Shown here piece by piece: positions 1 through 7,649 of a stretch of DNA of 60,132 nt; position 1 is the stretch's first letter, and every line of letters starts with the position of its first letter. The translations under genes and the position numbers were made by a program. The notes under the pieces were generated by a model that worked only from the letters and a program-made list of their open reading frames with translations, was not told the origin of the DNA and made no database searches. This DNA is from an uncultured Acholeplasmataceae bacterium (GTDB lineage: Bacteria > Bacillota_I > Bacilli_A > Acholeplasmatales > Acholeplasmataceae): positions 1 to 60,132 of the forward strand of contig CAUTNH010000001.1 in the NCBI GenBank assembly GCA_963540225.1. Reading direction: 5' to 3'.

Positions 1-1050
1 AGGAGATGAAATATTAAATAAAAAAATATCTTTTGTTCCTAATAAAAGTTTAATATTTTTTTTAACTTCACCGTTTAAAGCGCTTATTTTTAAGCTATCT
101 TTTATATAAGAATGATAGATATAACTTTTATCTAAATCTTTTAAATTATTATAGTAAAAATCAGCAAGGTTTGCGCTTTCACAAACAAGATAAATACATT
201 TTCCGACTGATAAATTTTTATATAACTGTTTTATTATTTCTATTTTTTTAAATTTATCACAAGTTTCAACTTGATATAGATCTTTTTTAGAAATTATTTT
301 ATATATAAAATTATCTGGAATATATTTTTGAAATTTTAAGGAATTACTACTTTTTTTATCTTCTTTATATGCTTTTTCAATTAAACCAAGACTACACATT
401 TTATTTAATATATTTTTACTTAGATTATATTTTTTTATATCATTAAAAAATATAATCTTATTTTGATTAAATAAATTAAGATAATCATTCATTTTATCGG
501 TTAAAATTACAGTATTGAAAAAATCTTTTTTTATATAGCAATTACTTTTTAGATATGCTCTATTTTTATAAATACTACCAAATGAGACAATATTTTTATT
601 TTTTAATATTTTTAATCTTTGGAATAAATCATCATCTATCGTTTTAATTTTTAATTTATCATTTTTAAACTTATCATATAAATCAAAAGGAAGTAGTGCT
701 TTATCTAAAAGCTCTACTTCTTTATAATAATTTAAAAAAAGTACAGAAGGAATTAAATTAAGATAGACAATGTTTTTACTTATAAAAGTATTTTTAGAAA
801 TATAGTTGCAAAGCTTAATAAACTCATCACTTATAAAAGGCTCATCATCTATTACTTCTTTTACATATAATAAGTCGCTTCTTTCTTCATTAGTAATCTC
901 AATTACAAATCCTAGTCTATCACAATTATTAAATGGAACAATTACTCTTTGACCTATCTTAATAATATTTTTTAAATTATCATCTACACTATATGAGTAG
1001 TTAAAATTTATGGATGCTGTTTTTAAATCAACTAAGATATTAGCAATCAT
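1..1050 (-). CDS. priA: primosomal protein N' (PriA-like), 5' part only; the ORF is open at the left window edge
   Basis: Absent from the ORF track because it has no stop inside the window. Hand translation from ATG 1050..1048 gives MIANILVDLKTASINFNYSYSVDDNLKNIIKIGQRVIVPFNNCDRLGFVIEI, which fits the PriA N-terminal pattern G-RV-VPF...GFV. Later comes YIYHSYIKDSLKISALNGEVKKNIKLLLGTKDIFLF, which fits the PriA HS..L / vvGtRSA region. The start overlaps the rbfA stop as ATGA. Confidence 0.7.
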   Translation of the reverse strand, partial: MIANILVDLKTASINFNYSYSVDDNLKNIIKIGQRVIVPFNNCDRLGFVIEITNEERSDLLYVKEVIDDEPFISDEFIKLCNYISKNTFISKNIVYLNLIPSVLFLNYYKEVELLDKALLPFDLYDKFKNDKLKIKTIDDDLFQRLKILKNKNIVSFGSIYKNRAYLKSNCYIKKDFFNTVILTDKMNDYLNLFNQNKIIFFNDIKKYNLSKNILNKMCSLGLIEKAYKEDKKSSNSLKFQKYIPDNFIYKIISKKDLYQVETCDKFKKIEIIKQLYKNLSVGKCIYLVCESANLADFYYNNLKDLDKSYIYHSYIKDSLKISALNGEVKKNIKLLLGTKDIFLFNISSP

Positions 1051-1400
1051 TTATAATTGTCTTTAATTGCTTCTAAAATTTCTTCTATCTTATTTCCATA
1101 TTCTAATGAATCATCATATAAAAAAGTTATATCTGGGAATTTTCTAATATCATTCATTTTAGAGGCAAGCTCTTTTTTTATCTTTCCTTTATAGCCTAAA
1201 AGAAGATTAGAAACCTCTTCTTTTTTAGTATTGCTATCGTTTAAAATTGTGTAATAAATTGTAGCAATTTGTAAATCTTTTGTTAGTCTTACTTCTGATA
1301 CTGTAATATATCCTATTTCCTTAGTTTTAAAAATATCATCTAAAATTGTTGTAAGATGTCTATGAATTCTACTTTCTAATCTTTCAAGTGATACGCTCAT
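1047..1400 (-). CDS. rbfA: ribosome-binding factor A
   Basis: 117 aa. RLESRIHRHLTTILDD...GYITVSEVRLTKDLQIATIYY is an RbfA-like core. It sits directly after infB with an ATGA overlap. Confidence 0.85.
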   Translation of the reverse strand: MSVSLERLESRIHRHLTTILDDIFKTKEIGYITVSEVRLTKDLQIATIYYTILNDSNTKKEEVSNLLLGYKGKIKKELASKMNDIRKFPDITFLYDDSLEYGNKIEEILEAIKDNYK

Positions 1401-3172
1401 AAATCTATCTCCTTAAGTTCATATATTTCAAGTCTATCATCAATTTTAAAATCATTATATCCTTCAATTGTAAGACCTCCTTCAAGACCTGCTTGAAGTT
1501 CTTTTTTATCATCTTTTAAATGTTTTAAAGATGCTATTTTATTTTCATATATAACCTTGTCATCTCTTATAACCTTAGCATATGCTTTTCTTTTAACAAT
1601 ACCATCGGTTATATATATTCCTGCAATCATTACACCTTTTGGAAGTTTAAAAGTTTCTCTTACAACAGCCTCTCCTATAACAACTTTATCATATTCTGGC
1701 TCAAGCATTCCCTTTAAGGCATTTTTAATATCATCTTCTATTTGATAAATTACATTATATAATCTAAGTTCAATATTTTTTTCCTTAGCCATTTTCTTAA
1801 TTCCTGCTGATGGTGAAACGTTAAAATTTATTATTAAAGACTTAGATGCAACAGCAAGTAAAAGATCACTTTCCGTAGGAGCACCAACACCTGATGAGAC
1901 AATATTTATCTTTAAATTTTCAATGTTAAGTTTAGATAATAAATTACTAATAGCCTCAATTGAGCCTTTAACATCGGCTTTTATAATTAAGTTTAAATTA
2001 TCGTTTTCACTATTTAAATCACTTAGGCTTGTTGCCTTTTTAATTTCTCCTATTTTTTCTTTTTCTAAGATTTTTCCAACTTCAAGTCTTGCATCTTTTT
2101 CACATTTAAATACTCTTAATCTATCACCTGTATTAGGAACTTCATTTAAACCAGTAATTTCAACCGCTTGGCTTGGGGTTGCCGTTTTCAAGTTTTCAAG
2201 CTTGTCATTAGTTATAGTTCTTACTTTTCCTATGGTTTTTCCAACTAAAACATAATCTCCTTGATTAAGACTACCGTTTTTAATAATTATAGTTGCAACA
2301 GGCCCACGTCCTTTATCAAGTTTAGCCTCAATAACTGTTCCAACAGCGGGCTTATTAGGATTTGCTTTTAACTCTTTTAACTCAGATAAAATAAGTATTG
2401 TATCAAGTAGCTCATCTATATTTTTACCAGATTTTGCGCTTATTTCAACAAATTGATAATCTCCACCCCAAGTATCAGGAACAACACCAATCTCAGATAA
2501 TTTAGTCATAACCTGATCAGGCTTTGCGCTTGGTTTATCAACTTTATTAATTGCAACAATAATCGGAACCTTTGCTGCTTTTGCATGATCAATTGATTCA
2601 ATTGTCTGTGGCATTATACCATCATCGGCCGCAACAACTAAAACAACAATATCAGTTATCTCAGCGCCCCTTGCTCTCATTTCAGTAAATGCAGCATGTC
2701 CTGGAGTATCTATAAATGTTATATATTCATTATTTCTTTTAATCTGGTATGCACCAATATGTTGAGTTATTCCACCAAATTCACCTGAGACAACATTTGT
2801 TTTTCTAATTGTATCAAGTAGTGTGGTCTTACCATGGTCAACGTGTCCCATAATGGTAATTATTGGGGGGCGTTTAACTAAATTTTTAGGGTCTTCATTT
2901 TCATCAAGACCTAGTATCTCATTTTTTTTAATTTCTTCCTCGCATACAAATTTATAATCTGTATCAAGCGTGATTAACTCAACACAATCTCTGTCTAAAA
3001 TAGAGTTTATATTTGCCATCTGCCCCATTGAAAGAAGTTTTTGAATAATTTCAAAAGGTTGCATTCCCAGTGATGATGCAACTTCTTTTAATGTCATATT
3101 TTCTTTATAAATAAATTTTTTTGATTCGTTTTTAGAGGAATTAGTTTTATTATTTTTCTTTTGATTTTTCAT
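1397..3172 (-). CDS. infB: translation initiation factor IF-2 (short form, 591 aa)
   Basis: G domain with [17 protein letters not shown] and NKVD motifs. Lies in nusA-infB-rbfA synteny. Confidence 0.97.
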   Translation of the reverse strand: MKNQKKNNKTNSSKNESKKFIYKENMTLKEVASSLGMQPFEIIQKLLSMGQMANINSILDRDCVELITLDTDYKFVCEEEIKKNEILGLDENEDPKNLVKRPPIITIMGHVDHGKTTLLDTIRKTNVVSGEFGGITQHIGAYQIKRNNEYITFIDTPGHAAFTEMRARGAEITDIVVLVVAADDGIMPQTIESIDHAKAAKVPIIVAINKVDKPSAKPDQVMTKLSEIGVVPDTWGGDYQFVEISAKSGKNIDELLDTILILSELKELKANPNKPAVGTVIEAKLDKGRGPVATIIIKNGSLNQGDYVLVGKTIGKVRTITNDKLENLKTATPSQAVEITGLNEVPNTGDRLRVFKCEKDARLEVGKILEKEKIGEIKKATSLSDLNSENDNLNLIIKADVKGSIEAISNLLSKLNIENLKINIVSSGVGAPTESDLLLAVASKSLIINFNVSPSAGIKKMAKEKNIELRLYNVIYQIEDDIKNALKGMLEPEYDKVVIGEAVVRETFKLPKGVMIAGIYITDGIVKRKAYAKVIRDDKVIYENKIASLKHLKDDKKELQAGLEGGLTIEGYNDFKIDDRLEIYELKEIDL

Positions 3173-3176
3173 ATTA

Positions 3177-3476
3177 TCACATTCCTTTAAATTTTAAAAT
3201 TTGGTCTTTAAAACCATCATCTAGAATTGCAACTACCTTAACATCTAAATTATTAAAAACACTATTTATAATAATATAGTCCATTTCAATAATTGAAATA
3301 TTATAATATTTTGTCTTATCATAAAATTTTTTTTTAGTATTTTGGCTTGCAACACTTGATAAAATAACAAGTTTTGCCTTTTTTGTTTTTATTAAATCAA
3401 GAACAACCCCGCTACCATATCTTAAATTATTAGATAGTCTGCAAAGTCCTAAATAATCTTTTAACTTATTTTGCAA
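3177..3476 (-). CDS. ylxQ: L7Ae-family RNA-binding protein (YlxQ-like)
   Basis: 99 aa, located between nusA and infB as in Bacillus. Contains GSGVVLDLIKTKKAKLVILSS, an L7Ae-like motif. Confidence 0.7.
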   Translation of the reverse strand: MQNKLKDYLGLCRLSNNLRYGSGVVLDLIKTKKAKLVILSSVASQNTKKKFYDKTKYYNISIIEMDYIIINSVFNNLDVKVVAILDDGFKDQILKFKGM

Positions 3477-3478
3477 TT

Positions 3479-4591
3479 TTATTCCTCATTATCGGGAGTA
3501 ATATCAATTCCTTCGCCTTTTGCTTCTTGAACTGATTTAATATTTATCTTCCAGCCAGTTGCTCTTACTGCAAGTTGAACATTTTGACCCTTATTTCCTA
3601 TTGCAAGTGATAGCTGGTCATCTGGAACAATTGCAAGTGCTTTTTTCTCAGTTGGATTTATATCAAGAATTTTAACAACATCAGATGGTTGAAGAGAATT
3701 TCTTATTAAAGATGCTGGATCATCAGACCATTTAAATAAATCTATTTTCTCTCCTCTTAAAAGCCCTTGAATACTGTTAATTCTCATTTTGCCCTCACCA
3801 ATACATGCCCCAATTGGGTCTACATTAGGATCATATGATAAAACTCCCACCTTAGATCTATCCCCTGGATCTCTTGCAACTGCTTTTACCTCAACGATTC
3901 CTTCTTGTATTTCCGGAATATTTTCTTTTAAAATTGCAGCAACAAGTTCAGGTTTAATTTTTGATACATAAACACTTAGATGCTTTTCTTTTTCTTTATC
4001 AACACCTGTAATAATTACTGGAATATTTAATCCTGCATGAAGTCTTTCACCTGGTAAAATTTCTTTTTCAGGTAAAACTGTTGAAATATCATTTCCTATA
4101 TCTAAAATACATTGACCATTTTCAATAGAGATTATTCTTGCTTTAATTACATCGCCTTCTTTATTTTTAAAGTAGTTATATAATCTTTCTTTAACAAGTT
4201 TATTTAAATTATCTCTAAAATTATTTTTTACAATTCTTGCAGAGGAGTGTGAAAAATTAGTTAAATCAACTTCTTCTTCTAAAATATCTCCTATTTTAGT
4301 TCCTCTTGGTTTAATTTTTTTAGCATCACTTAAAAGAATTTGAGTCATTTTTTGTAATGGTTGTTGGGTTAAATCTTTCTGAATTTGATAATCTCCCACA
4401 ACTATTCTTTGCTTAAAAATTTTAATTGTGCATTTTTCCTCGTTTATTTCAACACGACAACTTCTTACACCTGCTTCTTTTTTACATCCTGATATTAGGG
4501 CTTGCTCAAAAGCATTCTTAACAAGTTCTCTTTCAATTCCACGTTCTTTAGATATTTCATCAAAATATAGTGGTAAGTTTTTTCTTTTCAT
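3479..4591 (-). CDS. nusA: transcription termination/antitermination factor NusA
   Basis: 370 aa with an S1/KH layout (..VIKARIISIENGQCILDIG.., ..DPIGACIGEGKMRINSI.., ..LAIGNKGQNVQLAV..). Synteny with rimP and infB. Confidence 0.95.
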   Translation of the reverse strand: MKRKNLPLYFDEISKERGIERELVKNAFEQALISGCKKEAGVRSCRVEINEEKCTIKIFKQRIVVGDYQIQKDLTQQPLQKMTQILLSDAKKIKPRGTKIGDILEEEVDLTNFSHSSARIVKNNFRDNLNKLVKERLYNYFKNKEGDVIKARIISIENGQCILDIGNDISTVLPEKEILPGERLHAGLNIPVIITGVDKEKEKHLSVYVSKIKPELVAAILKENIPEIQEGIVEVKAVARDPGDRSKVGVLSYDPNVDPIGACIGEGKMRINSIQGLLRGEKIDLFKWSDDPASLIRNSLQPSDVVKILDINPTEKKALAIVPDDQLSLAIGNKGQNVQLAVRATGWKINIKSVQEAKGEGIDITPDNEE

Positions 4592-4592
4592 T

Positions 4593-5030
4593 TTAAATCC
4601 TCACTGCTTTCCTTATTTTTATTGTTTTAACATACTTTATATTTATTTTTTTAACTTTATTCTTAATTTTATACTCTATTTCTAAAATATCATCTTTAAA
4701 ATTAGATAATATACAATAACCTTTATAATAATCCGAGACAATATAAATATAGCATCCTATATTATTTTTTATATCATCAATTGTTTCAAGTTTATGTTCT
4801 AATCCTCTTGATGATATTTCAAGATAAGAATCATCTGGCATTATATCATTTATTTTATCAAGAATTTTAAGATGAATTTCTTCTTGAATTTTACTTTCAA
4901 TCTCATCTTTATTTATTATAATCTCAATTATATTATCTACTCCATAATCGCTTTTTATCCTTATAGAATATAGTTTTAAATTATAATCAGATAATATTTT
5001 TTCACTTATTTCTTTTATTTCATCAATCAA
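4593..5030 (-). CDS. rimP: ribosome maturation factor RimP (start re-called to TTG at 5030)
   Basis: Position upstream of nusA. The track ORF extends to 5078, but its first 16 codons are a terminator hairpin. AAAGGTGAT lies 3 nt upstream of TTG 5030..5028, giving (M)IDEIKEISEKILSDYNLKLYSIRIK, a RimP-like N-terminus. Confidence 0.65.
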   Translation of the reverse strand: MIDEIKEISEKILSDYNLKLYSIRIKSDYGVDNIIEIIINKDEIESKIQEEIHLKILDKINDIMPDDSYLEISSRGLEHKLETIDDIKNNIGCYIYIVSDYYKGYCILSNFKDDILEIEYKIKNKVKKINIKYVKTIKIRKAVRI

Positions 5031-5051
5031 AAAATCACCTTTTAACTCTAA

Positions 5052-5081
5052 CAAAACGAGCGGAACAACTTGTTCCACTCG
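5052..5081 (-). terminator. rho-independent terminator after rplT
   Basis: Minus strand reads CGAGTGGAAC-AAGT-TGTTCCGCTCG (10-11 bp stem with one U.G pair), followed by TTTTG. Confidence 0.6.
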
Positions 5082-5129
5082 TATTAATTATATTATATAT
5101 TATTATATTTTAAAATGCAACTTATATAA

Positions 5130-5771
5130 TTATTTTTTAGCAGGTGCCTTTTTTGCCACAGGCTTTTCTTTGCTATCTTTTGCAGGTGTTTTTTTAACTG
5201 CTACAGTCTCAGATTTTTTTGCTGTGGTTTTAGGTGTTTCTTTTTTTACAGTCTGACTTACTTTTGAAGCAACTTCTTTTTTTACCTCAGGTTTTTTTAC
5301 TGTCTCTTTTTTCAAAGGTTTTTTCTCTTCTTTTTTTGCTTTTTTATCAGCCTTTTCTGCAACAACTAATTCTGGAAGTTCTTTTTCAATATCTTTGAAT
5401 TTTTCAGGAAGTTCTTTTTTCAAACCTTTTTTAGCCTGTAAAACTATTTCTGTAAACGCCTTAGGATCAGAGATTGCAATCTCTGATAGCATTTTACGAT
5501 TTATTTCTATTTTTTCACGACGAAGTCCTGTAATAAATCTTGAATATGAAATATCATTTAACTTACAAGCAGCATTAATTCTTGTAATCCATAATTTTCT
5601 AAATTGTCTTTTCTTTTGTTTACGATCCCTAAATTGATATCTTAGTGATTTCATTACTTGCTCGTGTGCAGTTCTTACAAGTGCATGACGAGATCCAAAA
5701 TATCCTTTTGCTTGTTTTAATATTTTATTATGACGATGTTTTTTTATAACTGCTGATTTTGCTCTTGGCAT
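5130..5771 (-). CDS. rplT: 50S ribosomal protein L20 with a long Lys-rich C-terminal extension
   Basis: [29 protein letters not shown]...[11 protein letters not shown] is canonical L20 (~118 aa). It is followed by ~95 extra residues rich in K/E/P/T/A. Confidence 0.95.
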   Translation of the reverse strand: MPRAKSAVIKKHRHNKILKQAKGYFGSRHALVRTAHEQVMKSLRYQFRDRKQKKRQFRKLWITRINAACKLNDISYSRFITGLRREKIEINRKMLSEIAISDPKAFTEIVLQAKKGLKKELPEKFKDIEKELPELVVAEKADKKAKKEEKKPLKKETVKKPEVKKEVASKVSQTVKKETPKTTAKKSETVAVKKTPAKDSKEKPVAKKAPAKK

Positions 5772-5780
5772 ATTATCACC

Positions 5781-5981
5781 TTAGTAAAGGTTGCTTATCA
5801 AAGGTCTGATTCTTTTTTCATCACTCTTTGATATACCTTGTTCCTTTCTTAATCTTCTAATTTGGCATTGTCTTTTTGATGCTGCAAGGTGGCTTGTATA
5901 TGCAGAGCCACGTCTAATTTTTCCACTTTTTGTAATCTTAATTCTTTTTTTAAGACCACTATGAGTTTTCTGTTTTGGCAT
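5781..5981 (-). CDS. rpmI: 50S ribosomal protein L35
   Basis: MPKQKTHSGLKKRIKITKSGKIRR.., 66 aa, located between infC and rplT. Confidence 0.95.
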   Translation of the reverse strand: MPKQKTHSGLKKRIKITKSGKIRRGSAYTSHLAASKRQCQIRRLRKEQGISKSDEKRIRPLISNLY

Positions 5982-6000
5982 ATTATCCGTCCTTTTCTTT

Positions 6001-6537
6001 TTATTTTTTCTTTTTATTAGGTGCTATTATCGCAAATACTATATTTCTTTCTTGTGTAAGTTTTTGCTCAACAGTACCAAATTCTTCTAATGATGATAAA
6101 AATTTCTTTATTATTTCAAGACCTATTTCAATATTGTTTATCATTCTACCTTTAAAAAACATTGAAATCCTAACCTTATCGCCTTTTTCTAAAAACTTTT
6201 TCGCATTATTAAGTTTAGTGTTAAAGTCATTATCTTGAATTGTTGGTCCAAGCCTTACTTCTTTAACCTGAATTATTTGTTGATTTTTTTTCATTTCTTT
6301 TAATCTTTTTTGCTGATCAAAACGATATTTTGCATAATCCATTACCTTTGCAGTATATGGTTTTGTATCATTTACAACAACAACATCTAAATCAACACTT
6401 TCAGCATATGCTATTGCTTGGCTTTTAGACAAAATACCACGATTATTTCCGTTTTCATCAATCAATCTAATATCGCCATCAGGGATATTTTCATTAACTA
6501 AATCTAATGACTGATTTTCTTTTTTTACTTGTTTAAT
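6001..6537 (-). CDS. infC: translation initiation factor IF-3, ATT start codon
   Basis: The track ORF starts at the internal Met 6465. The frame stays open upstream as IKQVKKENQSLDLVNENIPDGDIRLIDENG. An ATT at 6537..6535 lies 7 nt after GGAGG (6545..6549). An AUU start is the classic infC feature. Confidence 0.9.
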   Translation of the reverse strand: MKQVKKENQSLDLVNENIPDGDIRLIDENGNNRGILSKSQAIAYAESVDLDVVVVNDTKPYTAKVMDYAKYRFDQQKRLKEMKKNQQIIQVKEVRLGPTIQDNDFNTKLNNAKKFLEKGDKVRISMFFKGRMINNIEIGLEIIKKFLSSLEEFGTVEQKLTQERNIVFAIIAPNKKKK

Positions 6538-6552
6538 AAATTTTCCTCCTTT

Positions 6553-6582
6553 AAAATAAAAAATGATGCTATAAAAGCATCA
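6553..6582 (-). promoter_or_regulatory. hairpin plus U-tract immediately upstream of the infC SD (candidate L20-type attenuator)
   Basis: Minus strand reads TGATGCT-TTTAT-AGCATCA followed by TTTTTTATTTT, then AAAGGAGG. The stem is short (7 bp) and AU-rich. Confidence 0.35.
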
Positions 6583-6785
6583 AAAACCATAAAATTTATA
6601 AGTATAGATAAAATAAATAAAAAATTTATTTTCATATAATTTAAATTCGTGAGTTTTTACCCAAAGATATATCAATCAGGTGAGATGCTTTCTCTTTTCA
6701 CAAAAAGTACAATAACACATTTTCTATATTTCTAATATAAAAATGCTTTACTTTTTATTAAATTTAAAAATATTGTAATTTAAAT

Positions 6786-6860
6786 TGGAGCAGACAAGGG
6801 GAATCGAACCCCCATCTTAGCCTTGGCAAGGCCACATAATAACCGTTATACTATGTCTAC
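6786..6860 (-). tRNA. tRNA-Gly (anticodon GCC), CCA encoded
   Basis: Reverse complement reads GTAGACA TA GTATAACGGTTATTAT G TGGCC TTGCCAA GGCTA AGAT GGGGG TTCGATT CCCCT TGTCTGC T CCA. Confidence 0.85.
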
Positions 6861-6892
6861 ATATTTTATTTAATAAAAATATAGCAATAAAC

Positions 6893-6920
6893 ATTATACT
6901 ATTTTTAGATTATTTGTCAA
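6893..6920 (-). promoter_or_regulatory. sigma-70-type promoter for tRNA-Gly
   Basis: Minus strand has TTGACA (6920..6915), a 16-bp spacer, then TATAAT (6898..6893). This is about 33 nt upstream of the tRNA 5' end. Confidence 0.6.
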
Positions 6921-6975
6921 ATTAAAACTATATTTTTTAAAATTACATCTTACTTTTATAAAACATTAAACTTTA

Positions 6976-6984
6976 TGCTATAAT
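6976..6984 (+). promoter_or_regulatory. extended -10 promoter for tRNA-Cys
   Basis: TGcTATAAT, with its end 10 nt before the tRNA 5' end. Confidence 0.55.
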
Positions 6985-6993
6985 TTATAAGAT

Positions 6994-7065
6994 GGTTCCG
7001 TAGCCAAGCTGGTAAGGCAGTGCTCTGCAAAAGCTCGATCATCGGTTCAAATCCGGTCGGAACCT
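6994..7065 (+). tRNA. tRNA-Cys (anticodon GCA), CCA not encoded
   Basis: GGTTCCG TA GCCAAGCTGGTAAGGC A GTGCT CTGCAAA AGCTC GATC ATCGG TTCAAAT CCGGT CGGAACC T. There is one U-U mismatch in the anticodon stem. Confidence 0.85.
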
Positions 7066-7080
7066 CATAAAAGTATTTTA

Positions 7081-7101
7081 GTGGCAAAAGCCACCTTTTT
7101 T
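7081..7101 (+). terminator. terminator after tRNA-Cys
   Basis: GTGGC-AAAA-GCCAC followed by CTTTTTT. Confidence 0.6.
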
Positions 7102-7109
7102 ATCTTATT

Positions 7110-7468
7110 TGGTGGAGATGGAGGGATTTGAACCCTCGTATGAAATAAATAATATATTAAAATCTACATACTTATTTTATTTTTTATCTAAGATATCAAA
7201 GAAAAATAAACAAAACTTAAAATATCCTATCCTATAAAATTCACTAAATTATCTAGGCATAATTTAGTATAACCTACAAATATCTTTTAACCAGCAAGTA
7301 GGTATACTAGTTAAAAGGTTTCACAAATTATTATGCGAAAGCTAATTGTTGTGCATTATTTGCACGATAAATTGGGTTTGCATTTAATTAAACCTCGAGT
7401 GTTTAACGTGACTACTCACGGTATGCATTTAGTATACGCTTTATCCCAGCGACTCCTAAATCATCCCC
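7110..7468 (-). ncRNA. ssrA: tmRNA (SsrA), ~359 nt
   Basis: The 5' end GGGGATGATTTAGGAG pairs with the 3' end GAGGGTTCAAATCCCTCCATCTCCACCA, forming a tRNA-Ala-like acceptor with a G3.U pair. The internal tag ORF is GCA AAC CCA ATT TAT CGT GCA AAT AAT GCA CAA CAA TTA GCT TTC GCA TAA TAA (7381..7334, with stops at 7333..7328). Confidence 0.9.
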
Positions 7469-7476
7469 ATAAGCTT

Positions 7477-7485
7477 ATTTTACCA
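7477..7485 (-). promoter_or_regulatory. extended -10 promoter for ssrA
   Basis: Minus strand has TGGTAAAAT, then 8 nt (AAGCTTAT) before the GGGG 5' end of the tmRNA. Confidence 0.55.
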
Positions 7486-7508
7486 TATTTTTTTATAATA
7501 TAAAAATT

Positions 7509-7517
7509 TGATATAAT
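7509..7517 (+). promoter_or_regulatory. extended -10 promoter (TGATATAAT), 6 nt upstream of ATG 7524
   Basis: TGATATAAT-AGATAT-ATG. This promoter is divergent from the ssrA promoter. Confidence 0.5.
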
Positions 7518-7523
7518 AGATAT

Positions 7524-7646
7524 ATGAAAAAGGAGAATATTATGAATAAAAAATTAAAACTAAACAAAAAAAATAATAATAGAAACATTGCATCAAATAA
7601 TTTAGATAACAAAACCAGTCAAATTTTAAAAGATAAAAGAGGTTAA
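7524..7646 (+). CDS. possible small basic protein or upstream ORF (40 aa from ATG 7524; 34 aa from ATG 7542)
   Basis: MKKENIMNKKLKLNKKNNNRNIASNNLDNKTSQILKDKRG. ATG 7542 has an AAGGAG 6 nt upstream, and ATG 7524 fits the leaderless pattern. The stop lies 3 nt before the next ATG. It is too short for the ORF track, and the K/N-rich composition could be chance. Confidence 0.3.
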   Translation: MKKENIMNKKLKLNKKNNNRNIASNNLDNKTSQILKDKRG

Positions 7647-7649
7647 AAT

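Noticed and set aside
1557-2255. Plus-strand ORFs 1557..1745 and 1923..2255 inside infB. The same class includes 3789..3971, 4428..4685, 5395..5637, 5975..6238, 9275..9457, 12224..12487, 14209..14406, 15067..15270, 17082..17432, 24390..24617, 24792..24998, 26027..26263, 37816..38058, 54677..55003 and 55955..56140.
   Set aside because: All lie antisense to, and fully inside, strongly conserved or clearly coding minus-strand genes. They have Ser/Leu/Phe/Ile-rich low-complexity translations typical of the reverse frame of AT-rich coding DNA. None has an SD.
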